The notes: a model not told the origin generated them from the sequence alone. A stretch of DNA of 64,000 nt from an uncultured Verrucomicrobiae bacterium (GCA_963782115.1 CAWAIK010000001.1:384001-448000), one strand, 5' to 3'. Numbered from the stretch's first letter, positions 30,517 to 41,249 are shown. Numbers and translations: made by a program.

Positions 30517-31839
30517 ATGCTCGAACGCTTCTTTTCTCTTAAAGAACACCAGACCTCTGTATCGCAGGAGGTAGTGGCAGGTCTGACGACATTTGCGGCG
30601 ATGGCATACATCCTCGCCGTGAACCCATCTATCCTTTCCACCACAGGCATGGATAAGGGTGCTTTGATTACTGCTACAGCCGTGGCCTCTGGTGTGATGA
30701 CCACGGTAATGGCGCTGGCCACCAACTATCCGATCGCGCTGGCGCCGGGGATGGGGTTGAATGCCTTCTTCGCTTTCACAGTTTGCGGGGCAAAAGGGAT
30801 TCCATGGCAGGCTGCGCTTGGCCTGGTGTTCTACAGCGGCTTGATCTTTCTCGCCCTCTCTATCACCGGGCTGCGGAAGCAGCTCGTTGAAGCCATCCCG
30901 ATTGAGTTGAAATTAGCCATCACCGCCGGGATCGGTTTCTTTATAGCATTTATTGGCCTCAAGAACGGTGGTGTGGTGGTAGCGAATCCGGTGACTTTCG
31001 TCGGTCTGGGCGATCTCTCGAAACCGGGACCGCTGCTCGTGATCGCAGGGATTATCGCCATAGCGGTTCTGGTGACGCGCAAGATACCAGGGGCAATCAT
31101 TTTAGTGATTTTGGCCCTGACAATCGTCGGGCTGATCGTTCCTGCGCCCGATCGGAAAGGAATGATCACGGCGATGCCGATCGGGATAGTTAATTTGCCG
31201 GCGTCCTTAGCGCCTACTTTTCTGAAGTTGGATCTGAGCTATTTTTGGAAAAACTTCTTAGGCGCGCTACCGGTGGTGCTCGCCATATTATTTGTCGATC
31301 TCTTCGATAATATGGGAACCCTGATTGGAGTTTCAAAGCGCGCAGGGTTGCTCGACAAGGACGGGAACTTACCAAAGATTGGGCAAGCGTTTATGGCCGA
31401 TGCCGCAGCGGCTATGTTTGGTTCGATCCTCGGGACCTCCACCGTCACAAGCTATATCGAGAGCGCGGCAGGAGTTGAGGCCGGAGGTAGAACCGGGTTG
31501 ACCGTAATCGCTACGGCTCTTTGTTTCATTCTGGCGCTCTTTTTAACGCCCTTGATTCTGATCATCCCCGCGGTTGCGACGGCGCCTGCTCTGGTGATCG
31601 TGGGCGCGTTTATGATGCAAGGCCTTGCGGAACTAGATCTGAAAGATTTCGAAAAGGCCGCGCCGGCCTTCGTCACAATTCTCGCCATGCCGCTTGCCTT
31701 CAGCATCAGCGAAGGGATCGCCTTCGGCTTGCTTACGTATGTCGGGCTGAAAGTCGGGACCGGAAAGGCAAAGGAAGTTGGTCCGGTGACGTACATTTTG
31801 GCAGTACTGTTTATCCTGCACTTTTTGTTCGGGAGGTAA
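30517..31839 (+). CDS. NCS2/AzgA-family purine permease
   Basis: EVVAGLTTFAAMAYILAVNP, ALAPGMGLNAFF, DLFDNMGTL and TSTVTSYIESAAGVEAGGRTGL. Confidence 0.95.
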   Translation: MLERFFSLKEHQTSVSQEVVAGLTTFAAMAYILAVNPSILSTTGMDKGALITATAVASGVMTTVMALATNYPIALAPGMGLNAFFAFTVCGAKGIPWQAALGLVFYSGLIFLALSITGLRKQLVEAIPIELKLAITAGIGFFIAFIGLKNGGVVVANPVTFVGLGDLSKPGPLLVIAGIIAIAVLVTRKIPGAIILVILALTIVGLIVPAPDRKGMITAMPIGIVNLPASLAPTFLKLDLSYFWKNFLGALPVVLAILFVDLFDNMGTLIGVSKRAGLLDKDGNLPKIGQAFMADAAAAMFGSILGTSTVTSYIESAAGVEAGGRTGLTVIATALCFILALFLTPLILIIPAVATAPALVIVGAFMMQGLAELDLKDFEKAAPAFVTILAMPLAFSISEGIAFGLLTYVGLKVGTGKAKEVGPVTYILAVLFILHFLFGR

Positions 31840-31888
31840 CAGAAGGAGGCGGCGAAGGAAGCAAACTGAACGGAGGTAATAAATTGTG

Positions 31889-32155
31889 ATGAGCACGACT
31901 TCCGCGGTCTTCGGAGATTCCCGCACCCACATCGGTCTGCGACACGCCTTGATCGCGCCTGACGGTCAAGTTCCCAGTTCCTTGCCCGGTGTCGAAAAGG
32001 CGACGGCAATGGTGCTCATCTCCAGGGAGATGGGAGCCCGTTTTACTCAGTTGTTGTTGACCTTCCAGACTGATGGCAACGCAGCTTTTCCATCCAATGA
32101 GACTGAGGCATTCGCCTATGTCCTGCGAGGTTCAGTGCGCGCAGAAGTCCCAGGC
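31889..32155 (+). pseudogene. allE: (S)-ureidoglycine aminohydrolase N-terminal fragment
   Basis: FGDSRTHIGLRHALIAPDGQVPSSLPG...VLISREMGARFTQ...EAFAYVLRG. Similarity is lost after about 90 aa. Confidence 0.7.
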
Positions 32156-32305
32156 ATGAGGGCAAGTGAGGTGAATGGCGTGTCGGCGTTTGGGCGTATC
32201 GGCGTTTCGAATCCAACGCAATGTGGACGAAGGATCCCGCTTTGCTTCTCGCGGATCGTGCAAAGCGGGACGACTCGCTACCAGCCTTTGCCGATCCGCT
32301 CTTCA

Positions 32306-32614
32306 CTAGGGATGTCTTCCTGCCCAGATGAGATAGGCGAAAAACAAGATAATCGCGAATGCGCAGCCGGTCTTAAATTGCTTAAAGAAGCGGGATAAGA
32401 CGTAGCCAAAAACAAAACATTCCAGCCCGGTGAGAAAGGTGGATCCGATGAACTGAAATACGCCAAAGTTCGCGGATGGGGTCATTGCGGGGGGCCTAAA
32501 AAGGGAGGTAACAATTGCAGCCATCCAGGCAAAAACGAAAAGGACCAAGGCTTCAAGAGCTAGTCGCCGGCGTGCCGACTTCCGGGTGGAGTTGGTTTGG
32601 TCGTTTTCGGTCAC
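32306..32614 (-). CDS. Small hypothetical membrane protein
   Basis: 102 aa with three hydrophobic segments. Confidence 0.5.
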   Translation of the reverse strand: MTENDQTNSTRKSARRRLALEALVLFVFAWMAAIVTSLFRPPAMTPSANFGVFQFIGSTFLTGLECFVFGYVLSRFFKQFKTGCAFAIILFFAYLIWAGRHP

Positions 32615-32649
32615 AACCTGAGATTGACGCCGTTTGAAGAGAGAATTCC

Positions 32650-34314
32650 TTACATGTGAGCCTGGATCGTCACCAGGATGCCCACTAACACCGCGAGCGC
32701 AATGCTGTGAAAAAAAACGAATCGGAGGATATCGCCTTCGTGCCCGTACCAGCGTGTCGCCGTCGAAGCGACAACGATGCTCTGGGCGTCGATCATTTTA
32801 CCCATCACACCGCCGCTGCTGTCTGCGGCCGCCATCAAGACCGGATTGAGTCCCAATTGTTGCGCGGTGATTTTTTGCAGACCGCCGAACAAGACATTGG
32901 AAGAAGTGTCAGAGCCGGTGAGCGCCACTCCCAGCCAGCCAAGGAGTGTGCCAAACATCGGATATAGAACTCCGGTCTGAGCAAAAGCGAACCCTAGCGT
33001 GGCGTCTGTTCCTGAGTAACGAGTGACGAATCCGAGAGCGAGCATGCAGGCGATCGTTAGCAATGAGAGTCGCACGAGTTTCAAGGTCTTCCAGTAAACT
33101 CGCGCCAGCCCAACGGGCGAATAACCCATCAGAAAACCGCTGAGAATTGCGGCTACGAGGATACCCGTACCGGTTGCCGACAATAAGCTCAACGCGTAGA
33201 CCGCTGCTTCAGGCCGAGGTTCCGGCACTAAGGGTGGAACTCGCAGGATGAGCTTGTCCAGGCCGATGACCGGCAATTTTGGGTTAAACAGCCAGTCCAG
33301 AAACGTCTTGAACTGGGGTATTCCCCAGAGGAAAACTGCGAAGGTCAGGATGACCAAGGGGAGCCACGCTTTCACCGTATCGGCCCGGGTAATCTGAGTT
33401 CCATTCTCCGATTGAAACCGAAAGGTCTCCGCGATCGGTTCGCCTTTGGTAGTCTGCGATTCCGCGTTCAGAGCTGGGTTACGCGACATCGACAGCCACA
33501 TGGTTCTCGGCTCCCAAACGCGTAAAAACAGGGTCAACGCCGCCATCGAAGTAACCGACGCCACGATGTCAACCAGCCAGGGTCCGTGAAGCGTCGAAAC
33601 AAGAAATTGGGGAACCGCAAAGCAGACCCCGGTCACAAGAATCGCCGGCCAGACTTGAATCATCCCGCGGAAACCGGCAAATGCCCAGATCAGCCAGAAC
33701 GGGATGATCAAAGAAAAGAAAGGAAGTTGGTGACCGATTTGCTTTGAGAGCTGAAGTAAATCCAGACCGGTAACGGCCGAAAGCGCAATGACCGGTGTGC
33801 CGATCGCTCCGAAAGCCACCGGAGCGGTATTGGCGATCAGGCAAAGACCCGAGGCGGCAAGCGGTGAGAACCCGATTCCTATCAAGATCGCGCCTGTCAC
33901 CGCCACCGGTGTACCGAAGCCCGCGGCTCCTTCGAAAAATGCGCCGAAGGCAAAGGAGATTAGCAGGAGCTGTAATCGGCGATCCTCCGTGACGTTGGCG
34001 ATGCTGTTTTGGAGAACCTTGAAGTGCCCCTTTTCCAATGTCAGCTGATACAGAAAGATGACGTTGAGGATAATCCAGCCAATCGGCATCAAGCCGTAGG
34101 CGGCACCGTATAATGCAGACATTACCGACATCCGAACAGGCATTCCGAACTCAAATACGGAGACGAGGAATGAAGCGGTGAGACCTAGCAACGCAGCAAT
34201 ATGCGCCTTGAGATGGAGGAAGCCGAGAGCCCCGAGCAGGACAGCCACGGGTAAGGCAGCGAGAAGAGCCGAAAGAACTATGTTATGGAGGGGATCGTAA
34301 ACCTGTGACCACAT
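32650..34314 (-). CDS. lctP: L-lactate permease (LctP family)
   Basis: MWSQVYDP, DRRLQLLLISFAFGAFFEGAAGFGTP, ANTAPVAFGAIG, TGSDTSSNVLFG and GGVMGKMIDAQSI. Confidence 0.95.
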   Translation of the reverse strand: MWSQVYDPLHNIVLSALLAALPVAVLLGALGFLHLKAHIAALLGLTASFLVSVFEFGMPVRMSVMSALYGAAYGLMPIGWIILNVIFLYQLTLEKGHFKVLQNSIANVTEDRRLQLLLISFAFGAFFEGAAGFGTPVAVTGAILIGIGFSPLAASGLCLIANTAPVAFGAIGTPVIALSAVTGLDLLQLSKQIGHQLPFFSLIIPFWLIWAFAGFRGMIQVWPAILVTGVCFAVPQFLVSTLHGPWLVDIVASVTSMAALTLFLRVWEPRTMWLSMSRNPALNAESQTTKGEPIAETFRFQSENGTQITRADTVKAWLPLVILTFAVFLWGIPQFKTFLDWLFNPKLPVIGLDKLILRVPPLVPEPRPEAAVYALSLLSATGTGILVAAILSGFLMGYSPVGLARVYWKTLKLVRLSLLTIACMLALGFVTRYSGTDATLGFAFAQTGVLYPMFGTLLGWLGVALTGSDTSSNVLFGGLQKITAQQLGLNPVLMAAADSSGGVMGKMIDAQSIVVASTATRWYGHEGDILRFVFFHSIALAVLVGILVTIQAHM

Positions 34315-34372
34315 AAAGATCCCCGACTGTGCCTTAGCGGTCTTGACCTGTCGATTCTGAAACATTACTCCA

Positions 34373-35158
34373 TTACTCCTCATGTTTTCTATAATCTCCG
34401 CGACTGAAATATTTCTCCAGCCAGACATACAAGCAGATAAAGAGGTAGCGGCTTCCCATTTCTTTGATTTTTAGTTTGGCTTCACCGGTTCTTCGGTTGC
34501 GCCAGGTAATGGGGATGACAGTCCAGGAAAAACCGCGGACGATCGCCTTGAGTGGAATTTCAACAGTGAGATTAAAATGCGGAGCGATCAATGGCTGACA
34601 TCCGTCAATGACCGTCCTGCGATAGGCTTTAAAGGCGTTAGTTGTATCATTGAGCGAGATGTTAAACAGAAAACGCAAAAAGGTGTTGGCCAACCGATTT
34701 AATTGAAGTTTGAACCAGGGATAGTCGATGACACCACCTCCCTTGATGAAACGGCTTCCGAAGACGCAATCCCAACCCTCATTCAGCAGGTTCCAATAAC
34801 GCACCACGTCTCGGCAATCGTCCGATTCATCTGCCATCATGATGACAACGGCATCGCCGTGCATCTGGCCGAAACCGCAAATGATTGCTCTTCCGAAGCC
34901 GTGCAGTCCCTGGTTCTGCACCGGTAGAAGCTCGCCAATTCGCTTCTTTCCTTCCTGCAGTATTTCCCAGGTGCGATCGCTGCTTCCGTCATCGACCACC
35001 ACGATTTCATGTGGGATCTGATGCCGCCGCAACTCCAGATGCAACTGCTCAACCGTAGAAGCAATGCTGCCCTCCTCATCGCGAGCCGGGATCACGACAG
35101 TCAGGAGGCGAAGCGGGTCCGGCTTGCTTGCCGTCGCCATAGCTCTATTTTCCATCAT
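34373..35158 (-). CDS. GT2 glycosyltransferase (DPM1-like)
   Basis: VVIPARDEE, VVVDDGSSDRT, MMADESD and VFGSRFIKGG. Confidence 0.93.
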   Translation of the reverse strand: MMENRAMATASKPDPLRLLTVVIPARDEEGSIASTVEQLHLELRRHQIPHEIVVVDDGSSDRTWEILQEGKKRIGELLPVQNQGLHGFGRAIICGFGQMHGDAVVIMMADESDDCRDVVRYWNLLNEGWDCVFGSRFIKGGGVIDYPWFKLQLNRLANTFLRFLFNISLNDTTNAFKAYRRTVIDGCQPLIAPHFNLTVEIPLKAIVRGFSWTVIPITWRNRRTGEAKLKIKEMGSRYLFICLYVWLEKYFSRGDYRKHEE

Positions 35159-35239
35159 GCTGCCTCCCTTCGGAATATGGTTTTTTCTCGAGGACGATTT
35201 GGTTGCTGCTCCGGCGCGCTGCGTCAATCGCAGCAATCA

Positions 35240-35545
35240 AGAGGGTCGCCAGCCGCTGCAAGTCTGAAGCCATTCCGGGTTCTGTTCGGCGTGATCTGCA
35301 ATCTCCGCCAAGATTTCTTCGAGCCGCACCGCCGGTTGCCATTCCAGCGAGATTTCGCGAGCGCGGAATTCATCACGATCCAGGGCAAATCGAATGGCCT
35401 GGGTTCCAAATTCTGCTCCACGTCACGATGACCGAACCGACCGCTGCACCACCCGCTTAATTCAGCAAGCGACATAGAATTTTTCAAGCCGCCGCCGCGA
35501 TAAATCCGTGCAACGTCGGATGGTCAACAAAGAACTCTCCACCGG
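35240..35545 (-). pseudogene. NAD-dependent epimerase/dehydratase C-terminal remnant
   Basis: GGLKNSMSLAELSGWCSGRFG...RPFDLPWIVMNS, shifting to WQPAVRLEEILAEIADHAEQNPEWL. Confidence 0.6.
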
Positions 35546-35609
35546 TCATAGCATGCGAATGAAAAGCTGATTTAGACGATTTGCAACGGGGAATCGCGAA
35601 AGCCGGTGG

Positions 35610-36578
35610 TTAGTTTTGGCCATCTCCAGCCGCCAGAACCTGCGTCTCCCGGCGTACCAGGTCCAGGAGTGCGTGCCCTCGCAATCGAGCAAGTTCAGTG
35701 ACTTGGTGAGTAGCCGCTGTCCTCCTGGCAATTTCGTAGCCGATGAGATAACCCATGCGCGATGGAATCTGGCCGCCGCGTCGGTAGGAAAGATAACGGG
35801 CGGCGGTGGCGTCGTCGGTCGATTCAAGTTGCGTCAACAAACTGCGGGCAAACATGGGAACGAATTTTGGGCCTTCTTCAGCCAGCCGTGGGTCTAGAAG
35901 CGCATCGGCTAACGATGCATCAGGGTTCAAGACCTGACTAACATATGTTGCCAGGCCTTCCTGCCAGATCAGGCGATAGAGTTCTAACTGGTCGACGTCG
36001 CGCGGCAGCGGGTTAACTTGGAAATGGTAGACGTGAAATAACTCGTGAGAGAGTATCACCGGCAGGCGTACGTCAGTTCCGTGAAACTTGGCTAAGCCAT
36101 CCAATCCGAGCAGAAGCATGCGAGGATTGTCATGCGGGATCTTTCCGTCAAAGCGAAATAAAGAAAGCATAAGGTAGACCCTGGCTCTTGAAGAGTCGAA
36201 ATCGGGGAAGGCATTCAGAAATTTTGCCTGGATGGATGCGCGTTGTTCCTCGAAGCGACTGTGAATATGTTCGATCGCCGGAAGATAGGCGTTGAGTTCG
36301 TCCAGGTATTGTTCCAGGGTTCCAGTATCCGTCTTGAATACCTGCGGCCGGCCGTAGATCTCGGGGTGCGGCCGGATCATTAGTTGCGCAAAAAGCTTCG
36401 CGCGGCTTTCCCTCTCTTCGGGAGCGATTCGCAAATAGCTATATAGATCCGGAATAAGGTCGTACACGATCAGGTTGCTTGCGGCGTCTGCTCTCAGGCA
36501 TGGATAAATAAAGGCCAGAGAAATCAGGAGAAAGCGAGTCAGGCGCCGGGTTTCTTTGTGTTGTCGGCTTTTTCCCAT
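35610..36578 (-). CDS. Secreted putative Zn-dependent protease (DUF2268-like)
   Basis: Signal peptide, SHELFHVYH, QEGLATY and RMGYLIGY. Confidence 0.8.
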   Translation of the reverse strand: MGKSRQHKETRRLTRFLLISLAFIYPCLRADAASNLIVYDLIPDLYSYLRIAPEERESRAKLFAQLMIRPHPEIYGRPQVFKTDTGTLEQYLDELNAYLPAIEHIHSRFEEQRASIQAKFLNAFPDFDSSRARVYLMLSLFRFDGKIPHDNPRMLLLGLDGLAKFHGTDVRLPVILSHELFHVYHFQVNPLPRDVDQLELYRLIWQEGLATYVSQVLNPDASLADALLDPRLAEEGPKFVPMFARSLLTQLESTDDATAARYLSYRRGGQIPSRMGYLIGYEIARRTAATHQVTELARLRGHALLDLVRRETQVLAAGDGQN

Positions 36579-38338
36579 CGCGCGGAATTTTGTCGAATAT
36601 TCACAAATTCATTCGATTGCTGATCGTACACCCACATTTCCAACGGCTTCTCCGGATCCGGCAGAATAAATGGAGAGAGAAACATTTGCCATTCATAGCT
36701 CTGCTCTGCATCTCCTCGATCAGGCACTCGCCGCAGCTCTGTTGCTGCGACAAAAGCGCAGCTGCCTTCCGGCTTAAAAAATATCAGATGGGCGATAAAT
36801 TGGGATCCAAGTGAAACTGTGCCGGACAACTTCCAACCTTGCTCCACGAGCCCAAGATATCTAGCTTCAACGATTTTTCCGCCGACCGCATAGTTGCCTG
36901 TGGCCTGCACCCCGCCGTTTACGAAACTAACATCGTCTAACCGACCAAAATAACCTGCATCGGAAAGCTGTTTGATGCCGATATTAAGAATCGTTCTGCA
37001 TCTCAGGGGACAGAGGGGATAAAACGGTCCCGTCACCGTTCCGTCTACCTCCGGGTCAAAGTAGGAAGAAAAGGGAATCAACGTTTTCGCGAGCAGTTTA
37101 TCTCGCCTCTGGATTGCACCTGACTTAAACGATTGGAAATCACCGATGACCAAGAGCACTGCGATGGCAACCGTTACGCCAAAAGCCGCAAGAACCTGAA
37201 TGGAGCTGAGCCGCGTGTTTTGGCGTGTCGATTCCGTGTTCCTGGAATCAAGAGCAACCAGGATGAGAGCTAGGATGGCGACCAGCAGAAGATTAACGTG
37301 TGTGGTATAGCGGCTGGCAAGAAAGCCTCCCGTGTAACCCATCCCGAGTCTTCCGTATGTCGTGACCAGACAGAAGGAGTATGCATAGGCGCCTAAACCA
37401 AGCCAGGGTGCCGCCTCCGGCAGTCGATGACGCCTTATCAAAATCGATGTGACAAAGAGGAAGACGATGGTCATCGACAAACCAATAAACCAGGCGCGAT
37501 GGGGCAAGTGTTCGTAAGAAATCCACTGGGCCAGCGGGTTCCCTACCAGTCCAAAGAATCCAAAGATCGGCAGCTGCAATTTTTCCATGATTTGCTCCGG
37601 GCGAAGATTCAATTCCATGGTGCGTTGCAGACCGAAGAAATAGAGAGAGAAAACAATCGCCGCGGAGCTCAGCAGGCAAAGCAGCCCGATCGCTTTTTTT
37701 CTGAGAGGATCGTTTGTGAGGGAAAGAGCGAGCATCAGCGCGGGCCAGACGAGAAGCCCTTGGGCTGAAGAAAAACTGGCGGCGGCCCCAAGCGCCGCGG
37801 CCGCGAGCAGACGAACCCAGAGCGCGATGTTCGGTCGACACAATAAGATCAGGCTGGCTACCACGGCGAATTGAATGAAGAAGAAAGCGAACTGGAACGC
37901 CCACAGCCAGTTCTCCAGTTGCACCAGAGAAAACAATGCCGCTGCGCTCACACCCACCGCGGCGGTCCAGAGTGCCGGATGCGTTCGCGGATAAATCTTC
38001 TCGAATTGCGAAAAGAGGAAGAGCATCGCGACGACGGCAACGAGCCAGCCTGCGATCATCATTGCTTTCGAATTCCAATGGGTCAGCACGGCGAGCGTGG
38101 AGAACTCCAGCCGCGGGATCAGCATCCGATGCTCATTGTTCGGGGGCCAGAAACTGTTGAAGGTTGCTTGTCTTGATTCCACCGATTTTACGAGGTCGGC
38201 ATACCACCATTCGTCGGCGAATGGAACGTTCACCCCGTTGACAAGAATGAAGGTAAGAGCTAAAAGCGCCGCGATCGAGCTAAGTAACGCTGCTGCCCAC
38301 GCAGGTCTTCTCGGAAGAGGATATTCCTTCGGCGGCAT
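36539..38338 (-). CDS. Polytopic membrane protein, possible GT-C glycosyltransferase
   Basis: GVNVPFADEW, NNEHRMLIPR, QLENWLWAFQ and SRY motifs with many TM segments. Confidence 0.7.
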   Translation of the reverse strand: MPPKEYPLPRRPAWAAALLSSIAALLALTFILVNGVNVPFADEWWYADLVKSVESRQATFNSFWPPNNEHRMLIPRLEFSTLAVLTHWNSKAMMIAGWLVAVVAMLFLFSQFEKIYPRTHPALWTAAVGVSAAALFSLVQLENWLWAFQFAFFFIQFAVVASLILLCRPNIALWVRLLAAAALGAAASFSSAQGLLVWPALMLALSLTNDPLRKKAIGLLCLLSSAAIVFSLYFFGLQRTMELNLRPEQIMEKLQLPIFGFFGLVGNPLAQWISYEHLPHRAWFIGLSMTIVFLFVTSILIRRHRLPEAAPWLGLGAYAYSFCLVTTYGRLGMGYTGGFLASRYTTHVNLLLVAILALILVALDSRNTESTRQNTRLSSIQVLAAFGVTVAIAVLLVIGDFQSFKSGAIQRRDKLLAKTLIPFSSYFDPEVDGTVTGPFYPLCPLRCRTILNIGIKQLSDAGYFGRLDDVSFVNGGVQATGNYAVGGKIVEARYLGLVEQGWKLSGTVSLGSQFIAHLIFFKPEGSCAFVAATELRRVPDRGDAEQSYEWQMFLSPFILPDPEKPLEMWVYDQQSNEFVNIRQNSARWEKADNTKKPGA

Positions 38339-38402
38339 GATCTGAAGAGGAAAAATTGGTGCTGGTTTTCTCTGACAAGAAAATCATGCGCGATGAACAG
38401 TA

Positions 38403-39314
38403 TCAAACAGGTGATATTCGTGGCAGGTAATCTTGTTTCCCGCCCAGTTTTTTGGCCATCTTTCGCAGCCGTTGCGTCAGAGACGCCGGCTCGATGTCGC
38501 TGCGGATGACGAGCACTGGTCGATCGGTGCGATTCACGATTTCGCGCGTGACATTTCCGATCGCGTAATTGCGCCACGCATCGCGTACCGGCCACGAACC
38601 GGCCACCACCAGATCGTAATCGCTTCGTTCGACCTCCGCGAGGATCTCATTGATCACGATTCCGTGGCGGATGTGTACGACTGCCGGGACACCGGCGCGT
38701 TCGATTATTTCTTTCTCAGTTCGTAGATTCCGAGCTAATGCCGAGTTCGAATTCAATAAGGCTGCCACATCTTCCTGCCTCCGGAATATCGTACCATGCA
38801 TGGCCGCAGGTCGGGGTGTGACGTTTAGCAGCGCCACTTCTGCAGACAGATCCTTGGCTAGCTTGCTCGTGAATCTTACCGCGTTCTCAATATAGGTACC
38901 CCCACCGCTGCAAATCAGAATTCGCTTTATGGATGGGCGCAACACGGGAACGACAAGCACGGGAGGAGCGATCGCCTCGGCGATCGAATAGGCCTTGGTC
39001 GAAGGAAGAAAAAACTCCTGCGCGCCTCTGCGTTCTGCCCCGATGATGACGAGATCATAAACCGTCTCCTTCGTGTGCCGGATGATTTCTGCAACCGGGT
39101 CGCCGATTTTGGTAACGATCTCCAGCTTAACCTCCTGCTCTCGAAATACCCTAGAGTCCTCGCGGAACGCTTCCAGGAGCCTGGGTTCGTCTTGCTCGAT
39201 TTCGGTAATCCCAAAAATCGTAGTTTCGGCTTTCGTGGCATGGGCGATAATTGCTGCGGAAGCGAGCGCCCTGCGTCCCCGCTCCGAACCGTCGCTGCAA
39301 ACAAGGATCTTCAT
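38403..39314 (-). CDS. Tandem-domain universal stress protein
   Basis: MKILVCSDGS, GDPVAEII, YDLVIIG, and second domain YDLVVAGS...GNVTREIVNRTDRPVLVI. Confidence 0.9.
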   Translation of the reverse strand: MKILVCSDGSERGRRALASAAIIAHATKAETTIFGITEIEQDEPRLLEAFREDSRVFREQEVKLEIVTKIGDPVAEIIRHTKETVYDLVIIGAERRGAQEFFLPSTKAYSIAEAIAPPVLVVPVLRPSIKRILICSGGGTYIENAVRFTSKLAKDLSAEVALLNVTPRPAAMHGTIFRRQEDVAALLNSNSALARNLRTEKEIIERAGVPAVVHIRHGIVINEILAEVERSDYDLVVAGSWPVRDAWRNYAIGNVTREIVNRTDRPVLVIRSDIEPASLTQRLRKMAKKLGGKQDYLPRISPV

Positions 39315-39324
39315 AAAAATTTGG

Positions 39325-40248
39325 TCACAGATGATGGTTGGTGAGAAGTTTCTGAGCAATAACGAAAGCACCTAAGAGTGGAAGTGGGGCGAACGCCAGA
39401 CGGATGCGCGGGCCGGTAAAATATTGCGTCAGGTTTGCACCGATCCGGGCCCCAAGCGCCGCCCCGGTTTGCATGACCAGAGCGATCAAAATATCGACAT
39501 TTCCGTTCATCGCGTGCCGAATCGTGCCGTAACTGGCTGAAATGATAATCTCGAATAGATCCGTTCCTACCGCGATGTGAGTTGGGATTCCCAGCAGATA
39601 GACCATTGAGGGCATGCGAATGTAGCCGGCGCCTCCGCCAAGAAACCCGCTGAAAATTCCACCGATGAACGAGACAAAAAGGATCGCCCATAACGAAATC
39701 GATTCGATCCCCGAATGCGGGAGACTGACGAGCGGCGCAAACTTGATCCGCTGAATAGTCTTGGCAAAACCATCGAACGCCATGACATCCCGTTTCCGGT
39801 TTTGTGTTGGGTCGCGGCGCTGATCTGTGCGCCGATTTAATCGCAATGCCATCCAACTCTCCCATCCGCAGAACAATGCAATTCCAGTAAACACAACGAT
39901 CGATACGGTCCCGACAACCAATTCTACATGGGCGCCCTTCTTCAAAATTTCGATTGCCTGCACACCGGCCTCAGAACCAACGATCGTTCCGATCACCATG
40001 ATTGCGGCTAGTTTCAGGTCGATATTGCCGAGAACACGATGCGCCCGGGCGGCGACAATCGACTTCCCTACGATGTGGGCGAGGTCAGTTCCTACCACAA
40101 AATTCATCGGGAGTCCGGCGGCGAACAGGGCGGGAGAGGCCAGAAAACTGCCTCCCACGCCGAAAAATCCCCCCAGAATCCCTATAATGAACCCGATGAG
40201 AACAAGGTAAATCGGATCGAGATGAACACCGGAGATAGGGAAATACAT
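39325..40248 (-). CDS. TauE/SafE (TSUP) sulfite exporter family
   Basis: GILGGFFGVGGSFL, VVGTDLAH, FLGGGAGYIRMP and AVGTDLF. Confidence 0.92.
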   Translation of the reverse strand: MYFPISGVHLDPIYLVLIGFIIGILGGFFGVGGSFLASPALFAAGLPMNFVVGTDLAHIVGKSIVAARAHRVLGNIDLKLAAIMVIGTIVGSEAGVQAIEILKKGAHVELVVGTVSIVVFTGIALFCGWESWMALRLNRRTDQRRDPTQNRKRDVMAFDGFAKTIQRIKFAPLVSLPHSGIESISLWAILFVSFIGGIFSGFLGGGAGYIRMPSMVYLLGIPTHIAVGTDLFEIIISASYGTIRHAMNGNVDILIALVMQTGAALGARIGANLTQYFTGPRIRLAFAPLPLLGAFVIAQKLLTNHHL

Positions 40249-40256
40249 GGTGCGTG

Positions 40257-40496
40257 TTAGCCTCTTCGTCGCCGGGTGACGTGGACCAGACTGGACGCCA
40301 GCCGTTCCAGTCCGACGGCCTGAACGATCATCAACAGAATTGCCACGAATGCATAAACTGCGGGTTCCCTGGCAAACAGTTCCTTCAGCCATCCGACGAG
40401 AAAATGAACCACCAACGCCAGATAAACCGAAACCAGCGCGGCATAGATCAGTACTTCAATGATCAGGTGAAAAATGGTCCGTTTCGTAACACTCAT
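40257..40496 (-). CDS. Small two-TM hypothetical protein
   Basis: 79 aa, hydrophobic, 8 bp upstream of the TauE gene. Confidence 0.65.
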   Translation of the reverse strand: MSVTKRTIFHLIIEVLIYAALVSVYLALVVHFLVGWLKELFAREPAVYAFVAILLMIVQAVGLERLASSLVHVTRRRRG

Positions 40497-40691
40497 GATT
40501 GGGCCCTGTTCTCGTTCTCCTATGTTTTAACTCAAAAAACCATCCGGAATTCAAACGGATGGCTCACGTCAGAGTCAGGATAATCATCATGCAAGCACAA
40601 TACCTTTTGAACAATCGAGCGGTTGTGACGCCCAAAAGAATTCCGCCGGGTGCTTGATTATTTCAATCAATCGGACAACCGGTAACACACC

Positions 40692-41249
40692 ATGCAGGAG
40701 AAAACTATTCTCTCAACTGTCAGTGCCTGGGAATTGGGAGAAAAATTTGAAATAACAAAGGCTCAGAAGAACGAAGCTCTTCGTGAAGCAAAGATTGCCA
40801 AGCAGGATGGCGATTTGAGCGAAAACGCTCCCTATCAAGCGGCAAAGGAGAAGTTTCGCACGATGGGTCGCATCCAACGCCGGCTGACCGGGGAAATGAA
40901 CGAGCTGATTGCGCAGGGCCACACGGTCGTCGATCCCCTGTCCTGGGTGACAGAGAAGCCGGTCGCTGCAGTTGAACTGGGAACCGTCGCTGAAATCGTG
41001 CTCGGCACCGAAAAGCAAACGGTGTTGATCGCGGGAGCGAGAGATCATCACTTTCCGAAAGAAGGGGAGATCATTCCAATCCCGTACACTTCTCCTCTTG
41101 GCACTGTCTTGATCAATCATCGGGCTGGCGATCATTTCACAGCGTGGATCAATGGCAACCAGCAAACGATTGTGATTGGGCGGGTGAGCCGTCCGACGCT
41201 CTCCGACATTCTCAACATTTTCCCTGTCCTTCGAGAGGAGCCTCGATAG
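40692..41249 (+). CDS. GreA/GreB-family transcription elongation factor-like protein
   Basis: AKQDGDLSENAPYQAAKE and YTSPLGTVL. Confidence 0.85.
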   Translation: MQEKTILSTVSAWELGEKFEITKAQKNEALREAKIAKQDGDLSENAPYQAAKEKFRTMGRIQRRLTGEMNELIAQGHTVVDPLSWVTEKPVAAVELGTVAEIVLGTEKQTVLIAGARDHHFPKEGEIIPIPYTSPLGTVLINHRAGDHFTAWINGNQQTIVIGRVSRPTLSDILNIFPVLREEPR

